From an uncultured archaeon (GTDB lineage: Archaea; CAYFZR01), in the NCBI GenBank assembly GCA_964347835.1, contig CAYFZR010000051.1:1-27512 (forward strand): DNA of 27,512 bases. Reading direction: 5' to 3'. The position numbers were made by a program, and so were the translations under genes. Below the pieces are notes generated by a model. The model made no database searches. It was not told the DNA's origin and worked only from the letters and a program-made list of their open reading frames with translations. Of this stretch, positions 1 through 8,680 are shown one piece after another (within the stretch, counting starts at the first letter, position 1; every line of letters starts with the position of its first letter).

Positions 1-1766
1 CTAACCTTCTGCATCAAATAATATTCAGGATTTCCCAGCACAAGATAGTCTCTTCCATAGATGGAAGATAACCTTGCCAACTCTATGGCTTTTCCTATGG
101 AGAAACCACTGCTCAATAACCTCGAAAAATTATACCCTATTTTTAAAGCCTCTTCATTAGATACCTTAAATAGCGTAACGATTCCTGCTACAGATCCTTT
201 TTTAATTAGATTTTCTCCTTCCTCGTAACTATTGCAAGCATTTAAGAAGAAAGTTGGAGTATTATTCGCTCTAATTTCATTTGCCTTTAAAAATCCGTCG
301 TTGCAGACAAAACCATCTTCACAATGACCTATGTAATGTACGAGATCAAAACCTCTTGCGAAGATATCTGATAAATCTTCCTTGGATAAAGACTCGTAAA
401 TCTTCGTTTTAAGAGGAATGTCTTTTCTTTTTCTGTATATCTCTTTTATCATTTCTCTCTCATCTATCATCTCCTCGTCATTTAAAACTAAAGCGATATC
501 GATGTGATCTTTATCTTTTCCGTGATACTTTAACTGATTTAAAAATGCTTCTTCGTTTGATTTTGCGCAGTCTATAGATACTACGTCAGATATCCACATG
601 TGATTTTGAGAATCTTTTAAAAAAGGTCTTCCTATACTCATTTCTTCTGCCATCGCGAATACATCGCCTCTGAAGAAGTCATTTAGTGATAGTTTAATGA
701 CTTCTCTCTCCGATAATGGCTCAAATCTTGGCAAATATATCAAAGAAAGATTGTTCAGTAAGAAGGGGATCGATTCCAAATTCTCCAAGTAAGGCTTTAC
801 ATAAGAAGAGAGATGCCATGTCGGCATGTAATCTTTAATTTTTTCATCAGGAACGTCTAAGTAGATAGGAAGTTGATCACCAATATTTTTGCTGTATATT
901 TCATTAACATCGAAATTTAAACCCTCTAATGCCTCCAACTCTTTTAAATTAAATTTATATAATCCAGCATTCCTTACCAAACAGTCTAAGAAGAATATCT
1001 TTTGCAATAACCAATTCACGTCGTCTTCGAAATTAGGAAATTTAGGCAGGGAATATTTATAGCCATTCCAAACAATATTCGGCTCACCAAATCTTATATC
1101 AGCGAGCAAGTAATACGCTAAGGGCGCTACTGTATACAGGTATTCCAATTTCTCAGGTACATAGATCTCAACATCTGAGGAGAGTTTTTTCAAATTATCT
1201 GGCACTTCAAAATGATCAGAGGTCTCTATCAATGGAGGATGCCCTCTCAGAGTAGGATAACTCCTCTCGCAATTGTCTACCTTAATTGAAGAAGAAAGGA
1301 GAGATATTGCATTTGCAACATCTTTTATATTTTTTGTAACTTTTATCGTAGACTCAGGTCTCTTATGATAAGATCTAACGCCAAATATTATCTCTGTTTC
1401 TTTATTGAACTCTAAAGAGATATTTGCATCCTTATCGCATGCTATTCTTATCTCCGAATCTACGAACGCATATATCTTTACATGAGAGTCGATTTCAATT
1501 ATGTATTTATTTTTTGGAAGGGTGAAAAAAGAGTTATTTTCTACTAGTCTAACAACCTCATATGTATTGTAATTCCTTATACGCGTCAAGAAAGTATAAT
1601 ACCTTATCTCTTTGCATATTCCAGAAAAAGTAGTATCTATTGGATATCTGAAAATAAAATCTCTTTCTGTAAATTTCCAGTCTTTGCAATAAAGTCTAAC
1701 CAGTTTCCTTTCTGTTTTATCGTGGATCTTTAATTCTTCATTCCGGTAATTAATGGAAAATCCCAT
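1..1766 (-). CDS. Large hypothetical protein with C-terminal CHAT/caspase-like (clan CD) peptidase domain; 3' end runs off the window
   Basis: Hand translation of the minus strand from ATG at 1766 gives 588 uninterrupted codons down to position 1. It is missing from the ORF track because there is no stop in the window. The C-terminal part reads FDLVHYIGHCEDGFVCNDGFLKANEIRANNTPTFFLNACNSYEEGENLIKKGSVAGIVTLFKVSNEEALKIGYNFSRLLSSGFSIGKAIELARLSSIYGRDYLVLGNPEYY. This fits the CHAT pattern: H-x-x-G-H, about 30 aa, L-x-A-C-x-S, G-x-x-x-V/I, then L-x-G-x-P near the domain end. His codon is at 324-326 and Cys codon at 234-236. The N-terminal ~460 aa are unrecognised. An alternative TTG start lies at 1808. 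Confidence 0.6.
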   Translation of the reverse strand, partial: MGFSINYRNEELKIHDKTERKLVRLYCKDWKFTERDFIFRYPIDTTFSGICKEIRYYTFLTRIRNYNTYEVVRLVENNSFFTLPKNKYIIEIDSHVKIYAFVDSEIRIACDKDANISLEFNKETEIIFGVRSYHKRPESTIKVTKNIKDVANAISLLSSSIKVDNCERSYPTLRGHPPLIETSDHFEVPDNLKKLSSDVEIYVPEKLEYLYTVAPLAYYLLADIRFGEPNIVWNGYKYSLPKFPNFEDDVNWLLQKIFFLDCLVRNAGLYKFNLKELEALEGLNFDVNEIYSKNIGDQLPIYLDVPDEKIKDYMPTWHLSSYVKPYLENLESIPFLLNNLSLIYLPRFEPLSEREVIKLSLNDFFRGDVFAMAEEMSIGRPFLKDSQNHMWISDVVSIDCAKSNEEAFLNQLKYHGKDKDHIDIALVLNDEEMIDEREMIKEIYRKRKDIPLKTKIYESLSKEDLSDIFARGFDLVHYIGHCEDGFVCNDGFLKANEIRANNTPTFFLNACNSYEEGENLIKKGSVAGIVTLFKVSNEEALKIGYNFSRLLSSGFSIGKAIELARLSSIYGRDYLVLGNPEYYLMQKV

Positions 1767-1867
1767 GGAAAATCCCCATCGCCATCTATCATTAGAGTAC
1801 TGGGCCAATACTATAAACTTCTAAATATTTATCTTTTGTCATAACGTTTTTGAAAAATATCAAAAAT

Positions 1868-1877
1868 TATTTTATAG
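1868..1877 (+). promoter_or_regulatory. TATA-like box upstream of the transporter gene
   Basis: TTTATA at 1871-1876 is centred about 27 nt upstream of ATG 1901, with no SD motif between. This is consistent with a leaderless archaeal transcript. Confidence 0.35.
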
Positions 1878-1900
1878 TTGTTAGTGTCAATTGATTACTT

Positions 1901-3358
1901 ATGAATTATAATTTGCTAATCTTATTGACTTTTATTGCAGTTACTCTTTTCTTAGGTTTAAGGAGGAAGTCGATAGATATACAACAAATGCTTGTTGCCG
2001 AAAAAAAGTTAGGTACCTTTGATACGGTAATAAATATATTCGCAACAAGTATAGGTCCTCATGCAATCGTGGGAACCATAGGCATGATTTGGGTCATTGG
2101 ATATGCAGAGGGGGCAGCGGAGTTAGCAGCCATAACAGGACTTTTAATATTCGCTTTCATTCTGATAAGACCTGTAAGAGAAAACTCGGAGTTCTCACCG
2201 CCAGATATGTGGTACAACAGATATGGCTTAGGCATAACCCTGTTCATTCATTTCGTTTATTTTTTCGTAATGTTGATTTCCTTTGCAGGCATTATTAAGG
2301 CAGGAGCATGGGCAGTAGGATCTCTTACCGGATTAGGTTTTCTTGCATCCTGCCTATTGACCGTTCTACCTATTATGTTATATGCTACATTTGGCGGCTT
2401 GAGATCAGTAGTTATAACGGACATTCTTCAGGCTATATTCGTATTTCTAGCCTTATCGATTCCAGCATTCTTCGCCCTGATGATGATATTAAAAGGACAG
2501 ATCTCTGGAGTACCTCATGAACTATATAGTGTAAAGTTAGATGGAGACCCGAGTATAGCGGGATTAGGGACGTTTGCTAGACTCATGCCTTGGTACCTTG
2601 TCATTCTATTAAATTATATCAAACCCTCCAGCATCCTTGGTTATAGGTCAATAAGCGCCAAAAGCGAAAAAGTAGCGAAAAAATCTATGTTTTATACACT
2701 TCCTTTATGGATATTCTATATGATCTGTGTATTCTTGATAGGATACGCTTGTAAAGGATTATTTCCTAACTGGCAGGATTTAGGCGACGATAGAGACAAC
2801 GCATACATGTTCTTCGTGGGCATGCTTCCTTACAGTCACTTTTTAAAACCCTTTTTACTTCTCTGTCTTTTTGCTGCCATTGTATCCACCATAGATACCC
2901 AAATAATCAATTTGACGGCTGCTTATACAAGAAACGTCTACATTGTATTCTTTGAGAAGGTACTCAAATTAGAAGAGAGGTTTAGGCTCAGCGCGAGTAG
3001 GATAGTCGCATTTATATTCGGTCTGGCATTCTTGCTCGCCATACCTATCGTCCCTAAGATAGAGAGTATTTGGCTGTTGAACATATTCATCAGGTCAGTA
3101 ACCGCTGTTGTTATAGTTCCTCCGTATTTCTGTGCTTATTTTCTCTCAAAAAAATATGCAAACAAATATGGTTGTTGGATAGGGGTTATCCTCGGAATTC
3201 TCGGAGTATTCGCAGTTGAGTTATACAAATATACGAATAATGTGAGATTTATTTTCGGATTGGTGGATACTTGGTGGTATGTAATCATATGCGTCTTGGT
3301 AACTATCCTAATTATATCATTCAGTCGAATCGCTTCGTCTTTTAGAGAAATTGAATGA
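1901..3358 (+). CDS. Sodium:solute symporter family (SSF)-like membrane transporter
   Basis: 485-aa ORF that is hydrophobic throughout (about 12-13 TM segments). It contains FGGLRSVVITDILQ, matching the SSF signature GG-x-x-x-V-x-x-TD-x-x-Q, and an N-terminal LVAEKKLG...FATSIG segment like the SSF LAGR-x-LG...AS block. Substrate unknown. Confidence 0.7.
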   Translation: MNYNLLILLTFIAVTLFLGLRRKSIDIQQMLVAEKKLGTFDTVINIFATSIGPHAIVGTIGMIWVIGYAEGAAELAAITGLLIFAFILIRPVRENSEFSPPDMWYNRYGLGITLFIHFVYFFVMLISFAGIIKAGAWAVGSLTGLGFLASCLLTVLPIMLYATFGGLRSVVITDILQAIFVFLALSIPAFFALMMILKGQISGVPHELYSVKLDGDPSIAGLGTFARLMPWYLVILLNYIKPSSILGYRSISAKSEKVAKKSMFYTLPLWIFYMICVFLIGYACKGLFPNWQDLGDDRDNAYMFFVGMLPYSHFLKPFLLLCLFAAIVSTIDTQIINLTAAYTRNVYIVFFEKVLKLEERFRLSASRIVAFIFGLAFLLAIPIVPKIESIWLLNIFIRSVTAVVIVPPYFCAYFLSKKYANKYGCWIGVILGILGVFAVELYKYTNNVRFIFGLVDTWWYVIICVLVTILIISFSRIASSFREIE

Positions 3359-3411
3359 GTATAAAATGTGAAAAGGACATATTCAAACTCTTTACCAACT
3401 GTTGAAAAACC

Positions 3412-3459
3412 TTTATTTTTTTGTCAGACAAATTAGAACCATTATTTTTTATGTCTGAC
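3412..3459 (+). terminator. Oligo-T tracts plus 8-bp inverted repeat downstream of the transporter gene
   Basis: T7 run at 3416-3422 and T6 run at 3445-3450 (archaeal oligo-T terminator type). They flank a perfect inverted repeat, GTCAGACA (3423-3430) and TGTCTGAC (3452-3459). Confidence 0.4.
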
Positions 3460-3513
3460 GAAAGATAGAAGTACTTGCGTGCATAAAATCTATTACATCG
3501 TATTTTAATGTGA

Positions 3514-4293
3514 ATGAATATGTTTACCTTGGGAGAAGTAGAATACCAACTGGTAGAGGACTTTGCAAATTGTTACGATGTAGTCAGAAATATGCCTCAT
3601 TTTCTGTACTCGAATTATCAACTGGCAGAACTCAGAGAGATCACCGAACAAATTGGGACAGATCTTAAACACCACTTATCTAAAGTTAAAGATCCTTTAG
3701 AAGTAGAAGAGATGATTTCTAACGCAATAAACGATATCGAAACTCGAAGAAAAGTTTTTGGACTCAATGAAGTTATCCCTTTTTTTAGAAATAAGGAAAT
3801 AAACTTCTTAACTCGACTCCATAAGAAAGCATTAGATGTCTCTATCCTTTTGGTTTTGAAAAACGAAGGTATGTTAAGAATAACGAAAGATAAAGAAGAA
3901 AACATAAAAAGCAGGATATGGCTCGGGATAGAGTTGAAGATGTATGCGATGCTTGGCGGAATTGAGATACCAGACGAATCTACATTTCCCAACGAAATTA
4001 TAGAAAAGATATCTAAAGAGTGTGTAAATATTTTATACTCAAGAATCAAAGATGAGAGAGAAAAGTATTTGAGGCATATACTGAACGTCCTAGATTTCAG
4101 CCGTAAAGCGGCGCTATATAATCTAGATTCAGATCTTTGGCGGTTCTTTACAGTAATAGAGGCAGTAAGATTACTGGATGTTTCTGGAGAATTTGTACAC
4201 GATTTGATTGAATTATCAATACTATTCGATAAGTTGGAAAAGATAGAAAAAGAGGTTAGTTATCCGGGATGGGGTGGTTGCGGCGGACCTTAG
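3514..4293 (+). CDS. Hypothetical protein (259 aa, predicted mostly helical, Gly/Cys-rich C-terminal tail)
   Basis: Long ORF with the same K/E/I-rich composition as neighbouring genes. A TATA-like ATAAAAT at 3483-3489 is centred about 28 nt upstream of the ATG. Ends in ...SYPGWGGCGGP. No family recognised. Confidence 0.6.
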   Translation: MNMFTLGEVEYQLVEDFANCYDVVRNMPHFLYSNYQLAELREITEQIGTDLKHHLSKVKDPLEVEEMISNAINDIETRRKVFGLNEVIPFFRNKEINFLTRLHKKALDVSILLVLKNEGMLRITKDKEENIKSRIWLGIELKMYAMLGGIEIPDESTFPNEIIEKISKECVNILYSRIKDEREKYLRHILNVLDFSRKAALYNLDSDLWRFFTVIEAVRLLDVSGEFVHDLIELSILFDKLEKIEKEVSYPGWGGCGGP

Positions 4294-4320
4294 ATTCTTT
4301 TTCTTTCTTGTATTATTCTT

Positions 4321-6243
4321 CTAATCGATACCGTGTCTTACCTTTACTGCTACTCCTCTTTGAAATCTCATCATTTCTTGAGAGGATAGTATGGATCTGC
4401 CAACTCCCAAAAGCGAATCGCGTTCGTTTACGATTAGAACTTCTTCTTGAGGTCGGATATCTTTATCTACATCAACAACAAACTTTGAGAATGCGCTCTT
4501 TCCTTCTTTTATAAATTCTTCTGCCTCTTCGGATGCTACAACTCTGTATTTAGGAAATTCTAAGTTAGCATGCAATATTTTAGCTCCAAGAGGTGTTAAA
4601 CTAAATGTTCCGTCAGTTCTCAATGTAGCAATTACTTCTTCTCTATCAATTAGATATTTTATCCTTCCTTTTCTACTACTTTTGAAATCAAATTTAGAGA
4701 AGGATTTACCTACACCTCTCCCGAATTGAAAGTCCAGTAATTTTTCTACTTTTATACTACCAAAATCTTTGCTGCCTTCATTTATTTTAACGTCATAATC
4801 CAGTTTGAAATGAGCATTATTTACGAAATCCCCGATTTGATGTGTTTCATCGAAATTAAATTTTAAATATTCCTCTATTTTTTCTAAAGTGAAATCAATG
4901 GTCTCTTTATCAAGTACATTAGGTAATACGGATTGCATGAGAGGGTAAACATCCTCTGTTTCTATGGGTACTAAAAAAGGCGGGCGAATGAATACAACAT
5001 TATATTCTTTCCAGTACCTTCTTGAGATTCTCTCGTTTCTTTCATTAAATACCAATAATAGTTCATTTGAATTCGGTGTATACCTTGAAAACAATCTACT
5101 GTAAAATCTATACACTTCAGGTCGGTAGCATGACTCTGTACCGGTAAAAAAAAAGGCTCTTTTTTTTACTACAGGATCATATCTTTCTATAAATTCTAAT
5201 TCTTCTCTAATAATTCTTAAAGCCTCTAATAACCTTGGATGAACTCTACACCTTTCTTCCACAAGTTCCCATAATGAACCATCCTTTATGGCATTTTTTA
5301 CCTTTTTGAATTCTAAGAAAGAAACGTATAAATTGTGTTTTGCGATAAGAAGTTCTTTATCTTCATTTTCAAGTTTTTTTATCTCTTTTAAAGAGTATTC
5401 TAAACAGACAGGACAAATACAAGGACTTTCTTCTAAATCTTTAAGTCTGAACGTTCCGTTCGCAAACATCAGCCTTTCATCTCTTGCATATATTGCATAG
5501 GAGGCTGAATCAAAGGTATCGCATCCTAAGAGAATTGCAAAAGGAAATATCATAGGATGCCCACATCCAAATAGGTGAACGGGTTTTTCTATTGGCAATC
5601 CTTTTTTACATGCGATTATTATCTTAAATAATTCCGAAAATTCATAGTTTTCTAATAATGGAACTACACCACCAATCGCGTACATATCAAACCCCAATTT
5701 TCCAAGTTCGAGAGCACAAGTTTCTCTCAAATCCAAAAAGGTGGATCCCTGAACAGTAGCCATAATAAAATTATCATCTAATCTTTTTTTTAGTTCTATA
5801 CTTTCTTTGGCTCTCTTTAAAGTCTCGTTTAAGTCTTCTTTAGCCTTTATTTTAGATGCAAAAGGAGGAGTAGGTATATCTAAGAATACTGATACGTCAC
5901 TCCCTATCTTATGCTGGAAATCTACAATTTCTAGGGAGTCGACATCTAACTCTCCGTACTCATAGAGTTGGTAACTCCCTGAATCTGTAAAAACTGGACC
6001 CTCAAAACCCATTAGTTTATGTATTCCTTCTTTAATTGCCTTCTCCTTTAGATTTTCGTTAGTATAGATTATATAGGCGTTTGTGAATATTGTCTCGGCT
6101 CCAAATTTTTTTGTTTCTTTAGGCGATATGAACTTGATATTTGGATGAACTACCGGAATCAATGTCGGTGTGCTGATTTCCCCATGGGATGTTTTTATCT
6201 CACCGATTCTACCCAATCCATCTTTGTAAAATACTTCAAACAT
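4321..6243 (-). CDS. tgtA: Archaeosine tRNA-guanine transglycosylase (ArcTGT) with C-terminal PUA domain
   Basis: 640 aa. Contains the TGT catalytic block FTDSGSYQ, GGVVPL, and the Zn motif CICPVC...H. The long C-terminal extension ending ...LIVNERDSLLGVGRSILSSQEMMRFQRGVAVKVRHG is typical of the archaeal PUA module. Confidence 0.92.
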   Translation of the reverse strand: MFEVFYKDGLGRIGEIKTSHGEISTPTLIPVVHPNIKFISPKETKKFGAETIFTNAYIIYTNENLKEKAIKEGIHKLMGFEGPVFTDSGSYQLYEYGELDVDSLEIVDFQHKIGSDVSVFLDIPTPPFASKIKAKEDLNETLKRAKESIELKKRLDDNFIMATVQGSTFLDLRETCALELGKLGFDMYAIGGVVPLLENYEFSELFKIIIACKKGLPIEKPVHLFGCGHPMIFPFAILLGCDTFDSASYAIYARDERLMFANGTFRLKDLEESPCICPVCLEYSLKEIKKLENEDKELLIAKHNLYVSFLEFKKVKNAIKDGSLWELVEERCRVHPRLLEALRIIREELEFIERYDPVVKKRAFFFTGTESCYRPEVYRFYSRLFSRYTPNSNELLLVFNERNERISRRYWKEYNVVFIRPPFLVPIETEDVYPLMQSVLPNVLDKETIDFTLEKIEEYLKFNFDETHQIGDFVNNAHFKLDYDVKINEGSKDFGSIKVEKLLDFQFGRGVGKSFSKFDFKSSRKGRIKYLIDREEVIATLRTDGTFSLTPLGAKILHANLEFPKYRVVASEEAEEFIKEGKSAFSKFVVDVDKDIRPQEEVLIVNERDSLLGVGRSILSSQEMMRFQRGVAVKVRHGID

Positions 6244-6975
6244 TTAACTCATCATCTCTAAAAATCCCTTGGCGGATTCAAACATGTGTACGTTGTTAAA
6301 AAGACAATATAAGCGATTGACATCTATGCTAGCGCATATATCCTTTAATTTATTTAGATCGTCATTACTGTATCTATAATAATACATTTTTTCGCCAGGA
6401 GGAGAACCATGTAACCTAAAGTATGTAAAATCCTTAAAAAAGAGAGTCTTTTTAGCAAAAAGATCTGTACAATGTATCAAATCAAGTTTTTCGCAAATTT
6501 TTCTGATTGTATTATCTTTCCAATCTCCTCTTGGCTCCCATACCAGATTTAAATCCCCTCTATCTAAGGAACTTAAAAAACTCATCATATTAGATACGTG
6601 TTCTTCAGTCTCTTTGAATTTAGGAGGAGACTGTAATACCACTATTTTTGCATCCAAGGCTCTACAAGCGTTTTTTGTTTCCGTCCATGCGTTGAAGTTT
6701 ACTTCAGTGGGTTGGAAGCTCCCGCATTTATCTTTGTTTTCTTCTGATATAACCACGCCACCTTTTCTATAACTTGGACTTCTAAGGGAATGGGTAATCA
6801 ATTGCGAGGCTTTAACGGTAAATTCAAAGTCTCCCGGCGATTGTTTTCTCCATCTCTTCAACGTCTCTAATCTTGGTATTTTGTAGAAAGTCCTTTGTAC
6901 CTCTACGAGTTTAAATGTCTCGAAATATTTTTTCATTCCTTTAGGGAATCCACAACAACCTATAGATAACAACAT
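6244..6975 (-). CDS. DUF72 (UPF0759, YecE-like) family protein
   Basis: 243 aa with DUF72-like blocks: FKLVEVQRTFYKIP, WRKQSPGDFEFTVKASQLITH, VVLQSPPKF, LVWEPRGDW, YFRLHG...YYYRYS, and LFNNVHMFESA. Its stop codon (6244-6246) directly abuts the tgtA start codon (6241-6243). Confidence 0.8.
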   Translation of the reverse strand: MLLSIGCCGFPKGMKKYFETFKLVEVQRTFYKIPRLETLKRWRKQSPGDFEFTVKASQLITHSLRSPSYRKGGVVISEENKDKCGSFQPTEVNFNAWTETKNACRALDAKIVVLQSPPKFKETEEHVSNMMSFLSSLDRGDLNLVWEPRGDWKDNTIRKICEKLDLIHCTDLFAKKTLFFKDFTYFRLHGSPPGEKMYYYRYSNDDLNKLKDICASIDVNRLYCLFNNVHMFESAKGFLEMMS

Positions 6976-6984
6976 ATCAATAAG

Positions 6985-7071
6985 CGCCGGGGCTGGGATT
7001 TGAACCCAGGTGGAGCGTGAGCTCCACGGACTCTCCAGGCCCGCGCCTTAGGCCAACTTGGCTACCCCGGC
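6985..7071 (-). tRNA. tRNA-Ser (anticodon GGA), long variable arm, no encoded CCA
   Basis: Minus-strand sequence is GCCGGGGTAGCCAAGTTGGCCTAAGGCGCGGGCCTGGAGAGTCCGTGGAGCTCACGCTCCACCTGGGTTCAAATCCCAGCCCCGGCG. Acceptor stem is GCCGGGG/CCCCGGC. Anticodon stem is CGGGC/GTCCG with loop CTGGAGA. It has a 17-nt variable arm and a GGTTCAAATCC T-loop. It starts 6 nt after the rps10 stop. Confidence 0.9.
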
Positions 7072-7077
7072 AAAAAT

Positions 7078-7386
7078 TTAGCCTTTGAGTTCTATCTCTA
7101 TGCTCACTCCCTCTGGCACTGTTACCCTTATTAGTTGTCTCATTGCTCTCTCATCAGCGTCGATATCGACCAACCTTTTGTGAATACGCATTTCCCAGTG
7201 ATCCCATGTCTCTGTACCTTCTCCGTCCGGAGATTTCCTTATCGGAACGACAAGTTTTTTCGTTGGGAGCGGAACAGGTCCTGAAAAGCGTACACCGGTT
7301 TTCTCTGCTATACTTTTTATCTCGTTGCAAACTTCTTCCAATCTTCTTGGATCAGTTCCTGTAAGTCTAATTCTGGCTCTCTGCAT
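7078..7386 (-). CDS. rps10: 30S ribosomal protein S10 (uS10)
   Basis: 102 aa. RIRLTG...L...C..I...A...G....GP.PLPTK and [15 protein letters not shown] are the canonical uS10 pattern. Position after tuf is conserved. Confidence 0.97.
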   Translation of the reverse strand: MQRARIRLTGTDPRRLEEVCNEIKSIAEKTGVRFSGPVPLPTKKLVVPIRKSPDGEGTETWDHWEMRIHKRLVDIDADERAMRQLIRVTVPEGVSIEIELKG

Positions 7387-7397
7387 GTATTCTCCTC

Positions 7398-8666
7398 TTA
7401 CTTACGTACTACATCTTTGACTATTCCTGCCGCAACTGTTTGTCCCATGTCTCTTACGGCGAATCTCCCCATATGAGGGATATCGCCTGCTTTTTCGATG
7501 GACAGGGGTTTTGTAGGCACTATTTTGACTAATGCCGCATCTCCAGTTTTAAGGTATGCGGGGTTCTCCTCTATAACAGCGCCTGATTTTGGATCGATCT
7601 TTTGCAGAAGTTGATCAAACCTACATGCAACCTGAGAAGTGTGGGCATGGAATACTGGAGTATAACCCGGGGCTATAGCAGATGGATGTTGAAGTACTAC
7701 TATTTGAGCCGTAAATTCTTTTACTACCGTCGGAGGATTATCTTCGTGTCCGCAAACGTCGCCTCTTCTTACATCCTTCTTTGAGACCCCTCTTACATTG
7801 AACCCAATGTTGTCTCCTGGTTCTGCCTCTGTTATATTTTCATGGTGCATCTCTATAGATTTTACTTCTCCAGAGACGCCAGCAGGCTCAAATACCACTT
7901 TCTCTCCAACTTTCAGTACGCCAGTTTCCACCCTGCCTACGGGTACGGTACCAACGCCAGTAATGCTGTATACATCCTGTATCGGTATTCTAAGAGGAAG
8001 TTGCACAGGCTTTTCTGGTGGAGTCACCGCATCAAAAGCTTCCATTAATGTGGGTCCATCGTACCAATCACTCTTACCGTCAATTACGTTCTCTTTGCTC
8101 ACCAAAGCAGCCATAGGAATGAAGGGTATTTGATCTGTTTTGAAACCTAAAACTTTCAACAATCTCTCCGCATCGTCTCTTACTTCTTTGTATCTATTCT
8201 CGTCCCATTTGACAAGATCCATCTTGTTTATCGAAACGATAAGTTGAGTTACCCCTAAAGTTCTCGCCAGGAATGCGTGCTCTCTAGTTTGAGGCATTAC
8301 TCCATCGTCGGCCGCTACAACTAGAACTGCTGCATCTGCCTGAGAAGTTCCTGTAATCATGTTTTTAACGAAATCTCTGTGTCCTGGACAGTCTACTATA
8401 GTATAGTAGTATTTATCGGTCTCGAATTTTATATGTGTTAAATCAATCGTTACACCTCTTTCCCTTTCTTCTCTGAGTCTATCAAGAATCCAGGCAAATT
8501 TAAATGATCCTGCCTCGTCTTTTAAATCATGGTCAGAGATCACTCCTGTCTCGTACAGTACCCTACCTACGATGGTTGATTTTCCGTGGTCTACATGACC
8601 AATAAACGCCAAGTTAAGGTGGGGTTTTTGTCCAGCCTTCACTTCTCCTTTGCTAACGAAACCCAT
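7398..8666 (-). CDS. tuf: Translation elongation factor EF-1 alpha (aEF1A)
   Basis: 422 aa with [21 protein letters not shown], and [34 protein letters not shown] lies 6 nt upstream of the ATG. Confidence 0.98.
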   Translation of the reverse strand: MGFVSKGEVKAGQKPHLNLAFIGHVDHGKSTIVGRVLYETGVISDHDLKDEAGSFKFAWILDRLREERERGVTIDLTHIKFETDKYYYTIVDCPGHRDFVKNMITGTSQADAAVLVVAADDGVMPQTREHAFLARTLGVTQLIVSINKMDLVKWDENRYKEVRDDAERLLKVLGFKTDQIPFIPMAALVSKENVIDGKSDWYDGPTLMEAFDAVTPPEKPVQLPLRIPIQDVYSITGVGTVPVGRVETGVLKVGEKVVFEPAGVSGEVKSIEMHHENITEAEPGDNIGFNVRGVSKKDVRRGDVCGHEDNPPTVVKEFTAQIVVLQHPSAIAPGYTPVFHAHTSQVACRFDQLLQKIDPKSGAVIEENPAYLKTGDAALVKIVPTKPLSIEKAGDIPHMGRFAVRDMGQTVAAGIVKDVVRK

Positions 8667-8680
8667 ATTTTTCCCTCCTG

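Noticed and set aside
4269-4514. An 81-aa plus-strand ORF overlapping the end of the 259-aa orphan and the antisense strand of the tgtA 3' end.
   Set aside because: It is antisense to the conserved PUA domain of tgtA, is Leu-rich and low-complexity, and has no promoter or SD.
7398-8666. EF-1alpha seemed to have an unusual N-terminal extension ([16 protein letters not shown]...) and a shorter segment between the P-loop and the RERG motif than the sequences I remember.
   Set aside because: I cannot judge this without a real alignment. All GTPase and domain II/III motifs are present and the operon context is canonical, so I treat it as lineage divergence rather than a paralogue.
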